A DNA stretch of 63,985 bases, filler included, from Octopus bimaculoides (lineage: Eukaryota): NCBI RefSeq assembly GCF_001194135.2. It is 7 parts of 6 records of this genome, joined end to end, with 100 filler letters (N's around TTAATTAATTAA, not from the genome) between each part and the next. Parts side by side here need not be neighbours in the genome. Positions count along the whole stretch, not along the records: positions 62,570 to 63,985 come from NC_069005.1; 6 more parts are not named here. One strand, 5' to 3'. The translations under genes were made by a program, and so were the position numbers. Under the pieces are notes generated by a model. The model worked only from the letters and a program-made list of their open reading frames with translations, did no database searches and was not told where the DNA came from. The stretch's first letter is position 1, and the number at the start of each line of letters is the position of its first letter. Below, one piece after another: positions 63,923 to 63,985 of the stretch.

Positions 63923-63985
63923 TTATGTTTGACTTTTGCTTTGCATTTGTACAAGTTGGATCCAAGTCTCACCCAGAGACCTCAA

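Overview
AT-rich, microsatellite- and transposon-dense eukaryotic DNA. The SINE families and repeat landscape suggest a coleoid cephalopod, most probably Octopus (inference). The only confidently named gene is MEGF8, represented by two minus-strand coding exons (47373-46218 and 44056-43896; end of CUB, two EGF-like repeats, Kelch repeats) that join in phase. I could not find its signal-peptide/CUB exons or its downstream PSI/laminin-EGF exons. There are also unnamed plus-strand exon candidates with canonical splice sites and compatible phases (26364-26457, 28560-28612, 31197-31267; 57175-57323, 59504-59643; 63424-63464) and weaker minus-strand candidates near 23.5-27.5 kb. The rest is mostly mobile-element remains: three R4/Dong-like, one Hero-like and one CRE-like restriction-endonuclease LINE, RTE and CR1/L2 fragments, a piggyBac deletion derivative with intact TIRs and TTAA TSD, a Gypsy pol remnant with PPT and probable LTR, Tigger and mariner remnants, Helitron/Helentron pieces, a fold-back MITE and many tRNA-derived SINEs. 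Six artificial N44-TTAATTAATTAA-N44 spacers split the window into seven segments, and CpG density appears to change at several of them, so gene order across them cannot be trusted. I cannot establish a new biological system from the sequence alone. The best leads are TAA-array-associated R4/Dong elements (one with a reiterated 5' junction), a duplicated splice acceptor that creates an in-frame stop, a Hero 3' end with an unusual palindrome, and several long intronic hairpins.
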